Position numbers and translations under genes: made by a program | Shown: positions 1-10,140 of the stretch, in pieces | How the letters are laid out: each line of letters opens with the position of its first letter | Numbering within the stretch: the first letter of the stretch is position 1 | From: an uncultured Methanomassiliicoccales archaeon | GTDB taxonomy: Archaea > Thermoplasmatota > Thermoplasmata > Methanomassiliicoccales > UBA472 | DNA: 64,000 nt | Direction of reading: 5' to 3' | Assembly (NCBI GenBank): GCA_963695345.1 | Contig: OY968769.1 | Coordinates: 2,080,001-2,144,000, forward strand | Notes under the pieces: model-generated | What the model saw: the letters and a program-made list of their open reading frames with translations, nothing else | Databases searched by the model: none | Told to the model about the DNA's origin: nothing

Positions 1-162
1 TTGATGAAGCCCTCAAAGCTGAAGGACGCGACATTCATGGCCAAGAGGGCGGAGAACTCCTGTCTCAATGTCGAGAACATCGAAGCTCAGCTGGACATGT
101 CCATGATGCCTTTCCGGGCAGGCATCGAGGACATGAAGGCGACGGAATCATCACTGCAATAG
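1..162 (+). CDS. rmlD: dTDP-4-dehydrorhamnose reductase, C-terminal fragment (runs off window start)
   Basis: Frame 1 reads LMKPSKLKDATFMAKRAENSCLNVENIEAQLDMSMMPFRAGIEDM..*, matching the RmlD C-terminal A.RP..S.L...K pattern; rmlABC lie 5.7 kb downstream without rmlD. Confidence 0.6.
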   Translation: MMKPSKLKDATFMAKRAENSCLNVENIEAQLDMSMMPFRAGIEDMKATESSLQ

Positions 163-262
163 GTCAAATGCGCACGATGTTTCGTTCCTTCTGAGCCATT
201 TTTTGAGGAAGCTTAATATCCGGGCCTTCATCAATACTTCATCGTTTGCGGAGGAGACAATA

Positions 263-1390
263 TTGGAATCCAACGGTCAAAAGATAGGTGTTTTCGTTTG
301 CCGCTGCGGCGGGGACATTGACAATAACATAGATACTGAAACGATTGCCAGCTCGGTTCGGGCGGAGGGGGGCGTAGCTCATACCAGCGTCCATGATTTC
401 CTATGCTCCAAATCATCCAGGGAGATGATCACCAAAACGATCATGGACGAGCATCTGGACCGGGTCGTGGTCTCTGCCTGTTCTCCCCGTTTGTACCTTC
501 AGGACTTCCAGCAGGCGGCAGTTGACGGAGGACTGGACAAGTGCATGGTGGAGATGTCGAACATCCGTGAGCAGTGCTCATGGATCCACTGGGAGAACCG
601 GGAGCTTCAGACAGAGAAGGCCCTGGACATGACCCTCATGGCAGTGGCCAAACTGCGCAACCAATTCCCTTCAGAAAAGGGCAATGTCGCAATCGTGAAC
701 AAGGTGAGATGCACTGGATGCGGTGTGTGTGAGGCGGTCTGTAACGTCAACGCCATCAAGGTGACGGAAGATCCCGAGTCCGGTGGGAAACGAAAGGCAA
801 ATGTCAACCCGAAGGCTTGCGAAGGATGCGGAGCATGTGTGTCCGCCTGTCCGACCGCGGCCATGGACCAGACCTGTTTCTCCAATGCCCAGGTGGTGGC
901 GGAAATCGAGACCGCGCTGCGCAATTCAAGGGTGGAGAGCACTTTCCCGAACATCTTGGTCTTCTCTTGCCACCACTGTTCCTATGCCGCGGCCGACACC
1001 GCCGGGCTGAAAAGGCTAGGCAACGATGTCCACTTCCGGACCGTCCGCGTCATGTGCTCGGCGCGGGTCGATCCTGAATGGGTTCTGAAGGCTCTTTCAA
1101 GCGGGGCCGATGGAGTGCTCATCCTGGCCGGTTCCCCAGGTCGGTGCCATTACGAGGTAGGGAACCTGCGCACCCGCAAGCGGATGACCCTGCTTAAGAT
1201 CGTGCTGCAGCAGTTGGGCTTCGACGAGGACCGGTTCCTGATCGAGTTCGTTGACGAGGAGCAGCCGGAAAAGTACCGGACGACCATCGAGGAGTATGTC
1301 CAGAAGATTAGAGAACTGGGCCCCAACCCGATCGTTCCGAACAAGAAGCCGGACCCCAAACGGCTGGAGATACCGGGGCTGAATCTCTAA
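263..1390 (+). CDS. HdrA N-terminal Fe-S domain + 2x[4Fe-4S] ferredoxin + MvhD fusion, lacking the FAD domain
   Basis: IGVFVCRCG, FLCS, SACSP, NIREQCSW (HdrA N-term); CTGCGVCEAVC and CEGCGACVSACP; CHHCSYAAAD, RVMCSARVDP, CHY (MvhD). TTG at 263 follows SD GAGGAG. Confidence 0.85.
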   Translation: MESNGQKIGVFVCRCGGDIDNNIDTETIASSVRAEGGVAHTSVHDFLCSKSSREMITKTIMDEHLDRVVVSACSPRLYLQDFQQAAVDGGLDKCMVEMSNIREQCSWIHWENRELQTEKALDMTLMAVAKLRNQFPSEKGNVAIVNKVRCTGCGVCEAVCNVNAIKVTEDPESGGKRKANVNPKACEGCGACVSACPTAAMDQTCFSNAQVVAEIETALRNSRVESTFPNILVFSCHHCSYAAADTAGLKRLGNDVHFRTVRVMCSARVDPEWVLKALSSGADGVLILAGSPGRCHYEVGNLRTRKRMTLLKIVLQQLGFDEDRFLIEFVDEEQPEKYRTTIEEYVQKIRELGPNPIVPNKKPDPKRLEIPGLNL

Positions 1391-1427
1391 ACACCTTAAT
1401 CCCTTCTTTCAGCAGCCACCCTGATCC

Positions 1428-1463
1428 TGACCTGCCGTTGAGGGCGGGTCATCCTATATTTTT
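1428..1463 (+). terminator. Hairpin followed by T-tract downstream of the hdrA-mvhD fusion
   Basis: tgacctgcc-gttgag-ggcgggtca stem (one G-U pair), then tcctatattttt. Confidence 0.35.
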
Positions 1464-1724
1464 CCTCTAGGTTTGGGACAACGTTGTAGGGGGCACAAAG
1501 ACCGCCAATCCCGGGCAATGACAATCGAAGGAATCGGACCAGGTCAATATTGTGCTGTGCAATAAATGGTATCGGCCCAAGTCAATGGATGGTCTGTGGT
1601 CCGGAAAATGATATGAGTATGCGTCAAGATATTCCATTCTCTCGATTCCGTTGATGATCTGATGTTCGATTCATATTCAGATTAAAAAAAGGATGAAAAA
1701 AAGAAGGGTTTGTCCTGTCGCACC

Positions 1725-3245
1725 TCAGGCAGGCGTCGGTTCCGGATTCTTCTTCTTGTCCAGGAGGGACACTCCGATGGTGGTTGCGAATCCGACCGGT
1801 ATGCTGATGATACCGGGGTTGTTCAGGGAGAAGAACGCTCCCGACCCCATCACCGTGGGGCTGGCAGAGATCAGCACCAGCGACAGGCCCAATCCGACGA
1901 ATATGCCCATCACGATGCCCTTCTCCGTGGCCTTCTTCCAGTACAGGGTGCAGATCAGCGCCGGGATGTTCGCCGAAGCTGCTATGGCGAATGCCAAGCC
2001 CACCAGGAAGGCCACGTTCTGGCCTTTCATGATGATGCCCAGGCCGATCGCCACCAGCCCCACCGACACCGCGGTGATCTTGGATACCCTCAGCGCCGAC
2101 TTCTCCGACTTCTTCTTGCCCATGATCTCGGTGTATATGTCATGGGCTATCGCACCTGCCGCAGCCATGATCAGGCCTGAGACCGTTCCCAGGATGGTGG
2201 CAAACGCTATCGAAGATATCAGCGCGAAGAACACCTCCCCGCCGATGAAGTTCGCCAGCGTAGGCGCCGCCAGGTTTGAGTCCTTCACCAGGAATTCCCC
2301 TTGGCCGGCGAAGTAGTTCGCCCCCAGTCCCAGGAACAGGATCAGGATGTAGAACGCGCCCATGGCTATTATGGCCACCACCGTGGACTTCCTGGCATCT
2401 GACGGCTTCGGGACCGTATAGTACCGTATCAGGATATGCGGAAGTGCTGCCGTGCCCAGGATCAATGCCAGCGCTAACGACGCGTAGTCCAGCGGATCAT
2501 GGTACTTCAGACCAGGCGACATGAACGCGTCCCCGCTGTAGGCGTTAGGCGTTCCCGTCGACGGGTTCGCCGCCCCATTGGAGATGAAGTGGCCTATGAA
2601 CGTCACAGGGTCCATTCCAGCAACTGCCAGGACGCCTATCGTCAGGGCTATCACCGCTATGAGCAGGAGGATCGCCTTGATGAACTGGACCCAGGTGGTG
2701 GAGACCATTCCTGCGGTGGCGACGATCAGGATGACGATGCTACCAACGATCACGACTCCCCATTCATAGGAGAATCCCAGCAGGGGCTGGACGATCGTCC
2801 CTGCACCGACCATCTGCGGTATCAGATAGAACACGCTGACGATCAGCGTGCTTATTGACGCGGCGAGGCGGACGCGCTTGCTCTTGAACTTGTGGACCAG
2901 TGCGTCAGCGAAGGTATACTTTCCCATGACCCGGAGCGGCTCCGCTATGAGGAACAGTGCCACTATCCATCCGGCCAGGAACCCGATCCCGTACATGAAG
3001 CCGTCATATCCGCTGAACGCGATCATTCCCGCTATTCCCAGGAACGAAGCTGCGCTGAGGTAGTCTCCGGCGAACGCTATCCCGTTGACAAACCACTTGA
3101 CCCCGCCTCCGGCGACGTAATAGTGGCCTGCGGTACGGACCCTTCGGGAGAAGTACACCGATATCGCCAATGTTATGATGATGATCACGACGAACAGCCC
3201 AAACGCTAATGGCTTGAAACTAGTGGTATCAAGTGCCGATGCCAT
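1725..3245 (-). CDS. actP: Cation/acetate symporter ActP-like (sodium:solute symporter family)
   Basis: NGIAFAGDYLSAASFLGIAG, YLIPQMVGAG, GTAALPHILIRYYTVP, FAIAASANIPAL; ~13 TM segments. Confidence 0.9.
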   Translation of the reverse strand: MASALDTTSFKPLAFGLFVVIIIITLAISVYFSRRVRTAGHYYVAGGGVKWFVNGIAFAGDYLSAASFLGIAGMIAFSGYDGFMYGIGFLAGWIVALFLIAEPLRVMGKYTFADALVHKFKSKRVRLAASISTLIVSVFYLIPQMVGAGTIVQPLLGFSYEWGVVIVGSIVILIVATAGMVSTTWVQFIKAILLLIAVIALTIGVLAVAGMDPVTFIGHFISNGAANPSTGTPNAYSGDAFMSPGLKYHDPLDYASLALALILGTAALPHILIRYYTVPKPSDARKSTVVAIIAMGAFYILILFLGLGANYFAGQGEFLVKDSNLAAPTLANFIGGEVFFALISSIAFATILGTVSGLIMAAAGAIAHDIYTEIMGKKKSEKSALRVSKITAVSVGLVAIGLGIIMKGQNVAFLVGLAFAIAASANIPALICTLYWKKATEKGIVMGIFVGLGLSLVLISASPTVMGSGAFFSLNNPGIISIPVGFATTIGVSLLDKKKNPEPTPA

Positions 3246-3248
3246 CGC

Positions 3249-3974
3249 TCATCCCTCCGCTTCCTTCTTTCCGGCGTACCAATTGAACGTCACGGCCATC
3301 ACTATGGTCAGCAGGATGATGAACATCCCAAAGACGATCCCGACGTTCACACCGAGCGTACGTTCCCCCATTATGCTCCTTCCATAGGTGCCCAAGAGCG
3401 TGAACACCAGGTACAGGGCGCTGAAACCGAAGAAGAGCCACAGGCCGACCCTGAATTGCTTCGTGTGGGTTATGCTTTCCACTGTCTGGACCGAGGGCAT
3501 GGCTCTTCCATTGAGCTTCTTCACCATCTCCAATACCGATTTCACCTCTTCCTCCGTCGGCTTGATGATGACGACCGAGCACTTCGCGTGCTTCCCCACT
3601 GCCGCCGCCACATCTCCCAGGTACAATGCGCTCAGACCGGATGGGCTGGATGTCCCCATGACAATGGTGTTCACCTTGTACTCCTCTGCCGCCTTCAGTA
3701 TCTCGCCTGTGACCGCTCCCTCCCGTGTGATCATGACCACCGGGACCTTGAGCTTCGCCGCCTGGTCTTTGGCGAACGATACCCCATCGCAGAACTCGCA
3801 CCGTCTGAGGGCCTTGTCCTCGGAAATGCGCTCCAGCTCGATCGAAGGCATCTGTTCGATGACGTTCAGCACAACTAATGTGGAGTCGCTAGCTTTCGCC
3901 ATCTCCACTGCCTTCATGGTAGCGACCAGTGCGGGCAGGGAACTGTCTGTGGGTAGCAAGATATGGTTGGTCAC
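3249..3974 (-). CDS. Universal stress protein fused to DUF485 (YjcH-like) membrane domain
   Basis: N-term ILLPTDSS..IVMGTSSPSGLSALYLGDVAAAV..CSVVIIKP (USP); C-term two TM helices with GVNVGIVFG..FNWYA, directly upstream of actP as yjcH normally is. Confidence 0.8.
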   Translation of the reverse strand: MTNHILLPTDSSLPALVATMKAVEMAKASDSTLVVLNVIEQMPSIELERISEDKALRRCEFCDGVSFAKDQAAKLKVPVVMITREGAVTGEILKAAEEYKVNTIVMGTSSPSGLSALYLGDVAAAVGKHAKCSVVIIKPTEEEVKSVLEMVKKLNGRAMPSVQTVESITHTKQFRVGLWLFFGFSALYLVFTLLGTYGRSIMGERTLGVNVGIVFGMFIILLTIVMAVTFNWYAGKKEAEG

Positions 3975-4599
3975 TGCTGCATCCTCCTTCCGTTCGGTCC
4001 TTGACCGGTTCGGCCCTCAATCCAAACCACGGTAGCCTTGTCCACCGAAAATGTCGGCGGATATTGGATCCGTCTCGCCCTGTCAATCCTTCCGCCTGCG
4101 GGCGGGTGGTTGGCGTCGGTGAGATTACGCCTCTTTCTCCTTCGTTCCGGGCTGGGGAATGGGTCCCGCATGAACTGGAGCATTTCGAAAATCGGTACTT
4201 ATAGTTTGTTCATCTACACTACGATAATTGTCGATTATATATGAATAAATTACGGAATTCGTAACAATATTTTCATAATCACAGATATGACAACAAATAA
4301 CGTAGTTTAAAATCGTCAACCGTCGAAGTCATTTCCATTGGAAAGATTGATCTCAGTCATATTTAACTCTAGACATTTTTCAACCAGTCATTACTAACGA
4401 TTGAGATTACCGGATCGGTCGATACGTCGTCCGTCGTAGAACGCTTTTCGTTGAGAAACTGAGGTATCATTTGATTTTGGAACGGTGGAAAAACCTACCA
4501 GCTGTCTTCGGTACAAGATGGGAAGAATACAATCGCAATGAATATGGGCTGATGGCGGCGGTTTCCGCCATTCCGCCATCGAAATATGGTCCAGTTGCT

Positions 4600-4938
4600 C
4601 TAAGGTGTCTTGGGGTGGCGTCTGTTGAAGCGTTCGATGGCTTCCCGGACCGTTCCCTCCTCGTCAGCGACCAACTTGATGTTCTTGGAGGTGAGCTTCT
4701 TGATGCCATGAGGTCCTATGAATCCGGTAATGACCACGTCCGCGCCGAGCTTGATGAGGTTCTCGGCGGTCTGGATACCGTAACCCACATCGGTATCCTC
4801 CAGGATATTGTCATGGACCGTGAACTCCATGGTTTCGGGGTCCACGCAGACGAACAACGGGGAGTGCCCGAACTCTTCCTCGACCTCGGCTTCTAGGCTC
4901 CCTTCTGAGACCGTGACGCAAATTTTCATCAAGATCAC
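4600..4938 (-). CDS. NifB/NifX family Fe-Mo cluster-binding protein
   Basis: [36 protein letters not shown]. Confidence 0.85.
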   Translation of the reverse strand: MILMKICVTVSEGSLEAEVEEEFGHSPLFVCVDPETMEFTVHDNILEDTDVGYGIQTAENLIKLGADVVITGFIGPHGIKKLTSKNIKLVADEEGTVREAIERFNRRHPKTP

Positions 4939-5786
4939 TTCATCCGTCTTTGCTCGTTCTCCCTTGAGGCTTTGACAAGCTTGTCGACAATGTCCTCGAA
5001 GGCTATTGTGGCCATGGAATCCCTTTTCGCCAACACAATCGGCTTGCCGTCATCCCCGCTGTCCACGACGCTGGGATCGATCGGCACCCTGCCCAGGAAT
5101 GGAACGCCCATCTCGGATGCGGCCTGCTCCCCTCCTCCCTTTTTGAAAAGGTCGATCTCCTTGCCGCAGTGAGGACAGATCAGCCCGCTCATGTTCTCAA
5201 TGATGCCCAGTACCGGCAGTTTTAGCGCCTTTGCGAACGTCACGGATTTGCGCGAATCGAGCAAAGCGACATCCTGTGGCGTGGTGACAATGACCGCCCC
5301 GTCGGCCTCCGGGATCAATTGGGCGATCGTGAGCGGCTCATCTCCTGTTCCTGGGGGAAGGTCAACAATTAGGAAGTCGAGCTCTCCCCACTTCACATCC
5401 GCCACGAACTGTCTCAGCGCCCCCATCTTCATCGGCCCCCTCCAGACTATGGGCGTGTCCTTGCTGTCCAGGAGGAAAGCCGTCGACATGACCTTCAGGT
5501 GCGGTGGGACGTCGACCGGGTAGAGGCCATCCTGGTCCCCCTGGATCTGGGCATCCTCGATGTTCAGCATCTTCGGGATGTTCGGACCATGGATATCGGC
5601 GTCAAGGATCCCTACCTCATATCCCCGCATGGCCAAAGCCATCGCCAGGTTGATGGTGACGGTGGACTTGCCAACGCCCCCCTTTCCGCTCATGACGATC
5701 ATCACGTGCTTTATCTTGGCCAGGCTTTTCAGCACCTTTACGTCCTCTTCTTTCACGGTGCGCAGTTCGATGTTGTCGTTCTCCAT
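4935..5786 (-). CDS. mrp: Mrp/NBP35 (ApbC) Fe-S cluster carrier ATPase
   Basis: [40 protein letters not shown]. Confidence 0.95.
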   Translation of the reverse strand: MENDNIELRTVKEEDVKVLKSLAKIKHVMIVMSGKGGVGKSTVTINLAMALAMRGYEVGILDADIHGPNIPKMLNIEDAQIQGDQDGLYPVDVPPHLKVMSTAFLLDSKDTPIVWRGPMKMGALRQFVADVKWGELDFLIVDLPPGTGDEPLTIAQLIPEADGAVIVTTPQDVALLDSRKSVTFAKALKLPVLGIIENMSGLICPHCGKEIDLFKKGGGEQAASEMGVPFLGRVPIDPSVVDSGDDGKPIVLAKRDSMATIAFEDIVDKLVKASRENEQRRMK

Positions 5787-5907
5787 GGTGATTCCTCTGA
5801 AACGAAATTTTCCCATTCTATTGGAATAGGCATAACTGTCCTCTTTGGTTATAAGCTGTTTATGAACGGATCGATTGATTCGTTCGAATCACCGATCTCA
5901 TGAACAC

Positions 5908-6927
5908 TCACTCTGTGTAAGAGTCGTTGTGCCTACCGTACGCCCCTGATTCGATGTCCTTGATCCAATCGATGTTGCTCATATACCAGGCCAGAGTTTC
6001 CTTGATCCCCTGTTCGAAATGATAGAAAGGAGTCCATCCCAGTTCTTTCCTGATCTTATTGGCGTCGACAGAGTATCGTAGGTCATGTCCCGGGCGGTCG
6101 CCGACGTAACGGATAAGGTCCTCGCTCTTTCCCATTTCCTTCAGTATCAATCGGACCACATCGATGTTCTTCCGTTCATTGTTACATCCGATATTGTAGA
6201 CATCTCCAGCTCTACCGCCGGAAACCACAAGATCGATCGCGCTGCAATGGTCCGCCGCGTGAAGCCAATCCCGCACGTTCTCCCCGTTGCCGTATATCGG
6301 AATCGGCTTATTCTGCCATGCCAGCATGATTGTTTTTGGAATTAGCTTTTCAGGGAATTGGTAGGGTCCGTAGTTATTCGAACAACGTGTGATGGTCGTC
6401 TTTATCCCATAGGTCCGGAAATAGGCCAGGACCAGAAGGTCAGCCCCTGCTTTGCTAGCGGAATAGGGGCTGGACGGACGAAGGAGGGAATCCTCCCGGA
6501 ATTTCAGGTCCGGTCTGTCAAGAGGGAGGTCTCCGTAGACCTCATCGGTCGAAACTTGATGGAAACGGTCGACCCCCAATTTCCGGCAGGAGTCCATCAG
6601 CACCTGGGTACCGATGATGTTCGTCTTTATGAACAGATCTGGATTGGTGATCGATCTGTCTACATGGGACTCGGCGGCGAAGTTCACGACGGCATCGAAA
6701 GCCCCTTCGCGAATGACCTTGTCCACCAGATCGGCATCGGTGATGCTCCCTTTGACAAATCTGAAGTTCTCAGTTCTAATGGTCTTCTCAAGATTCTTGA
6801 TATTTGCCGCATAGGTCAACGAATCAAGACACACGATCTCAACATCGGGATGGCTATTCTTCATGAAAAAAATGTAATTGGAACCAACGAATCCAGCTCC
6901 ACCGGTTACCAGGATTTTCATTTCCAT
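5908..6927 (-). CDS. rmlB: dTDP-glucose 4,6-dehydratase
   Basis: [43 protein letters not shown]. Confidence 0.96.
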   Translation of the reverse strand: MEMKILVTGGAGFVGSNYIFFMKNSHPDVEIVCLDSLTYAANIKNLEKTIRTENFRFVKGSITDADLVDKVIREGAFDAVVNFAAESHVDRSITNPDLFIKTNIIGTQVLMDSCRKLGVDRFHQVSTDEVYGDLPLDRPDLKFREDSLLRPSSPYSASKAGADLLVLAYFRTYGIKTTITRCSNNYGPYQFPEKLIPKTIMLAWQNKPIPIYGNGENVRDWLHAADHCSAIDLVVSGGRAGDVYNIGCNNERKNIDVVRLILKEMGKSEDLIRYVGDRPGHDLRYSVDANKIRKELGWTPFYHFEQGIKETLAWYMSNIDWIKDIESGAYGRHNDSYTE

Positions 6928-7136
6928 CCTCGCATGAATTTGCAGCTTTGTATTACATGCAAAATAGATCGAATCTATCTCAGGGCAATGGATAGCGACA
7001 GGCCATTGATTGATGCCCCATGTAATACCTGTGACAACCATTACACTAATAAAAAAGTTAGGCTAAATGACGAATTGAGTTCAACGTTGAACCGGACGGA
7101 TGTCGACACGCCTGAACCATCGCACAGTCCATCCTT

Positions 7137-7694
7137 TCAAACCGAATAAGGAAGATCGTTCTCCACTTCGTCCAGGAAAGGTGCCCTGGCATCCCTCTCG
7201 GATACGATGGGTTCTTCGAACCCCCAATCTATGTCGATCGTCGGATCGTCATATCTAATGGTCCTCTCATGCTCAATGGAGTACAGCCGGTCCACCTTGT
7301 ACTGGACCTCTGAATCGTCCTCAAGGGTGATGAACCCATGGGCATAACCGGAGGGAATGAACAATTGTCTTTTATTGTTCGAAGACAACTCGATTCCTAT
7401 CCATTTCCTGTAGTTGGGAGATCCTCTTCTAATGTCTACGCATATGTCCAGGATGGAACCTCTGGTGCATCGGACGAGCTTTGCCTGTTCCATCGGAGGG
7501 TTCTGGAAATGGAGACCCCTCACAACCCCCTTCTTTTTTGAATAGGAATGATTGTCCTGAACGAAAATCGTTCTGATACCGATATCCTCCATCTTGGTTC
7601 TCGAATAGCTTTCGTAGAACCAGCCCCGGGCATCCTCGTACACATCCGGTTCGATGATCAAGACCCCATCCAATCCAGTAGTGATACGGATCAA
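7137..7694 (-). CDS. rmlC: dTDP-4-dehydrorhamnose 3,5-epimerase
   Basis: DARGWFYE, QDNHSYS, RGLHFQ, QAKLVRC, GYAHGF. Confidence 0.95.
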   Translation of the reverse strand: MIRITTGLDGVLIIEPDVYEDARGWFYESYSRTKMEDIGIRTIFVQDNHSYSKKKGVVRGLHFQNPPMEQAKLVRCTRGSILDICVDIRRGSPNYRKWIGIELSSNNKRQLFIPSGYAHGFITLEDDSEVQYKVDRLYSIEHERTIRYDDPTIDIDWGFEEPIVSERDARAPFLDEVENDLPYSV

Positions 7695-7700
7695 TATCGC

Positions 7701-8588
7701 TCAGTCCTTTCCTTCCTTGATCTCGAGGACCTTGGAGATATATTTTCCATAATTGCTGTGAGCGTATTTGGCGAGGAAGTCCTCAAGGTCTTTGCGATCT
7801 ATCCAGCCATTATTGATCGATATCTCCTCGGGATAACCGACCATCATGTTCCGATCCTTTTCCAACGTCTGGACATATTTGCCCGCCTCGATCATGGCAT
7901 CGGGGGTGCCAGCATCCATCCACATGAATCCGTTGTCTAGCCGTATCGCTTCCAGACAGCCTTCCTTGAGAAACAGATTGTTCACATCCGTTATCTCAAG
8001 CTCGTTCCTGTGCGAAGGCCTGACAGTTTTGGCATACTCCACCACACGATTATCATAAAAATACAGGCCAGCCGCCGCATAGTTGGACTTCGGTACCTTC
8101 GGCTTTTCCTCTATCGAGATCACTGATCCATTTCCGTCATATTCTATCACTCCGAATCTCTGAGGATCATTTACCTTGAAACCGAATATTGAAGCCCTTT
8201 TCCTTCTCACGTTTCGTATCGCTTGACCTAATCGCTCCTTCATCTCGGACCCGATAAAAATGTTGTCTCCCAAGACCATGGCGACATCATCCGAACCAAT
8301 GAACTCGTCCCCGATGATGAATGCCTGTGCCAGCCCGTCCGGTGAAGGTTGAATGGCGTATTTCAGGCTCAAACCGAATCTCCCTCCGTCTCCAAGGAGA
8401 TTTTTGAAATTGCCGATGTCCTCCGGGGTGGAGATGATCAGAATATCCTTGATGTCCGCCATCATCAATGTGCAGAGCGGGTAGTAGACCATGGGTTTGT
8501 TGTATATTGGAAGAAGGTGCTTGTTGATGGCTGACGTCATGGGATAGAGTCTGGAACCGCTCCCGCCAGCTAGGATTATTCCTTTCAT
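7701..8588 (-). CDS. rmlA: Glucose-1-phosphate thymidylyltransferase
   Basis: MKGIILAGGSGSRLYP, QPSPDGLAQAF, LGDNIF, EEKP, ELEITD. Confidence 0.96.
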   Translation of the reverse strand: MKGIILAGGSGSRLYPMTSAINKHLLPIYNKPMVYYPLCTLMMADIKDILIISTPEDIGNFKNLLGDGGRFGLSLKYAIQPSPDGLAQAFIIGDEFIGSDDVAMVLGDNIFIGSEMKERLGQAIRNVRRKRASIFGFKVNDPQRFGVIEYDGNGSVISIEEKPKVPKSNYAAAGLYFYDNRVVEYAKTVRPSHRNELEITDVNNLFLKEGCLEAIRLDNGFMWMDAGTPDAMIEAGKYVQTLEKDRNMMVGYPEEISINNGWIDRKDLEDFLAKYAHSNYGKYISKVLEIKEGKD

Positions 8589-8816
8589 GTTGAATCTGGA
8601 TGTAATTTGGACTGGGGTTATTAATGACTTCGGTGTTCTCGGACCAATTCCTATGCCCAACAGAATCCAATTGATATTTGTTAAATTGGGAATACTCGAT
8701 AATTAGTTCCATGCCAAATGATCATGGGCCCCATTAGGGATATTGACTTCCAGCTTCATTGATAAAACGTTAATAGGCATGTGATGTATCCCTCACCACT
8801 TTAGGGGGAGTACCAG

Positions 8817-9890
8817 ATAAAAATTTTGGTCCTTAACTGGCGAGATCCCAAGAATCCGGACGCCGGAGGAGCTGAACAATTCACCCACCAGATTGAGAAA
8901 AGGTGGGTAAATTGGGGGCATGAGGTCACCCAATTCTCTGCTGCATTCAGTGACTGTCTTCCTGAAGAGGTAATCGACGGGGTCAGGATCGTAAGGGGTG
9001 GGAACCGGTTCACCGTCTATAAACAGGCAAAACGATTCTATGACCGTTCGGAGAAATTCGATGTGGTGGTCGATGAGATCAACACGATCCCGTTCAACAC
9101 TCCCTCTTTTGTAAACCGCGGGGAAAAGCGGTTTGCCCTCATACACCAACTGGCACGGGAGTTTTGGTACTATGAGACCCCATTCCCATTGAGCTATATC
9201 GGCAATCATTACCTGGAGGACCATTGGCTTCGGAAATATGTCGATATGGACGTCATCACAGTATCAAATTCAACCATGGAAGACCTCCAGGGCCTTGGTT
9301 TCAAAAAACTCCATCTGGTCCATGAAGGATACGACTTCGAACCGCTTTCAAAGGTCGGGGAGAAGGAAAAGATACCGACGATCATATTCGTCGGTCGATT
9401 CAAGAAGGTAAAGCTGCCGGATCATGCCCTGAAAGCTTTCCAGATAGCGAAATCAAGAATGCCTGACCTGCGTATGTGGATGGTGGGCATGGGCTACCTT
9501 CAGCCAAAATTGAAGAAGCTCGCCGTCAAGGACGTTACTTTTTTCGGGCGCCTGCCGCTGGAAAAGAAATCGGAGCTCGTCTCGAAGGCCCATGTCATCG
9601 TCGTACCGGCGGTAAGGGAAGGTTGGGGCCTGGTCGTTACCGAAGCCAATGCAATGGGCACGCCGGCGATAGGATATCGCGTTCCTGGCCTACGCGACTC
9701 CATAAAGGATGGAAAAACCGGATTGCTGTGCGATCCAAACCCTCATGCCATGGCGGACGCCATAGTATCTCTCCTGAGCCAGGAGGAGAAGAGGATGGAT
9801 CTGTCGAGGAACGCCCTCGAAGATGCAAAAGAATACAATTGGGACAGAACCGCCAGGGAATTCATCGATCTTTTTGAGGGGAAGACGTGA
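8817..9890 (+). CDS. GT4 family glycosyltransferase
   Basis: (I)KILVLNWRD..AGGAE, FVGRFKKVK, REGWGLVVTEANAMGTP; expected Met position is ATA at 8817 behind SD GGGGGAG. Confidence 0.9.
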   Translation: MKILVLNWRDPKNPDAGGAEQFTHQIEKRWVNWGHEVTQFSAAFSDCLPEEVIDGVRIVRGGNRFTVYKQAKRFYDRSEKFDVVVDEINTIPFNTPSFVNRGEKRFALIHQLAREFWYYETPFPLSYIGNHYLEDHWLRKYVDMDVITVSNSTMEDLQGLGFKKLHLVHEGYDFEPLSKVGEKEKIPTIIFVGRFKKVKLPDHALKAFQIAKSRMPDLRMWMVGMGYLQPKLKKLAVKDVTFFGRLPLEKKSELVSKAHVIVVPAVREGWGLVVTEANAMGTPAIGYRVPGLRDSIKDGKTGLLCDPNPHAMADAIVSLLSQEEKRMDLSRNALEDAKEYNWDRTAREFIDLFEGKT

Positions 9891-10140
9891 AGGAATGAAC
9901 TTTCATTGAGGTTTCATTGATGGTTGGGAATTAAATGAAAGGCAACAAGATTCATGCCGTCACAAACCTTACCATGGACCGACCAACCAGAAACCTCTTG
10001 AGCAGAGTGCCGAATTCAACCACATTAATCGGATTCCCACTGACGAAGAGGACGAAATATCGAGTAAGATTGAATATAGGACAAGGAAAGGATTCAATTT
10101 CTGTCACTAATCGTGAGACGACAAAGGTAGTTTCTTAGCC

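Noticed and set aside
9895-9950. Direct repeat tttcattga x2 after the GT4 gene
   Set aside because: Only two 9-nt copies; too weak to call an operator or repeat element
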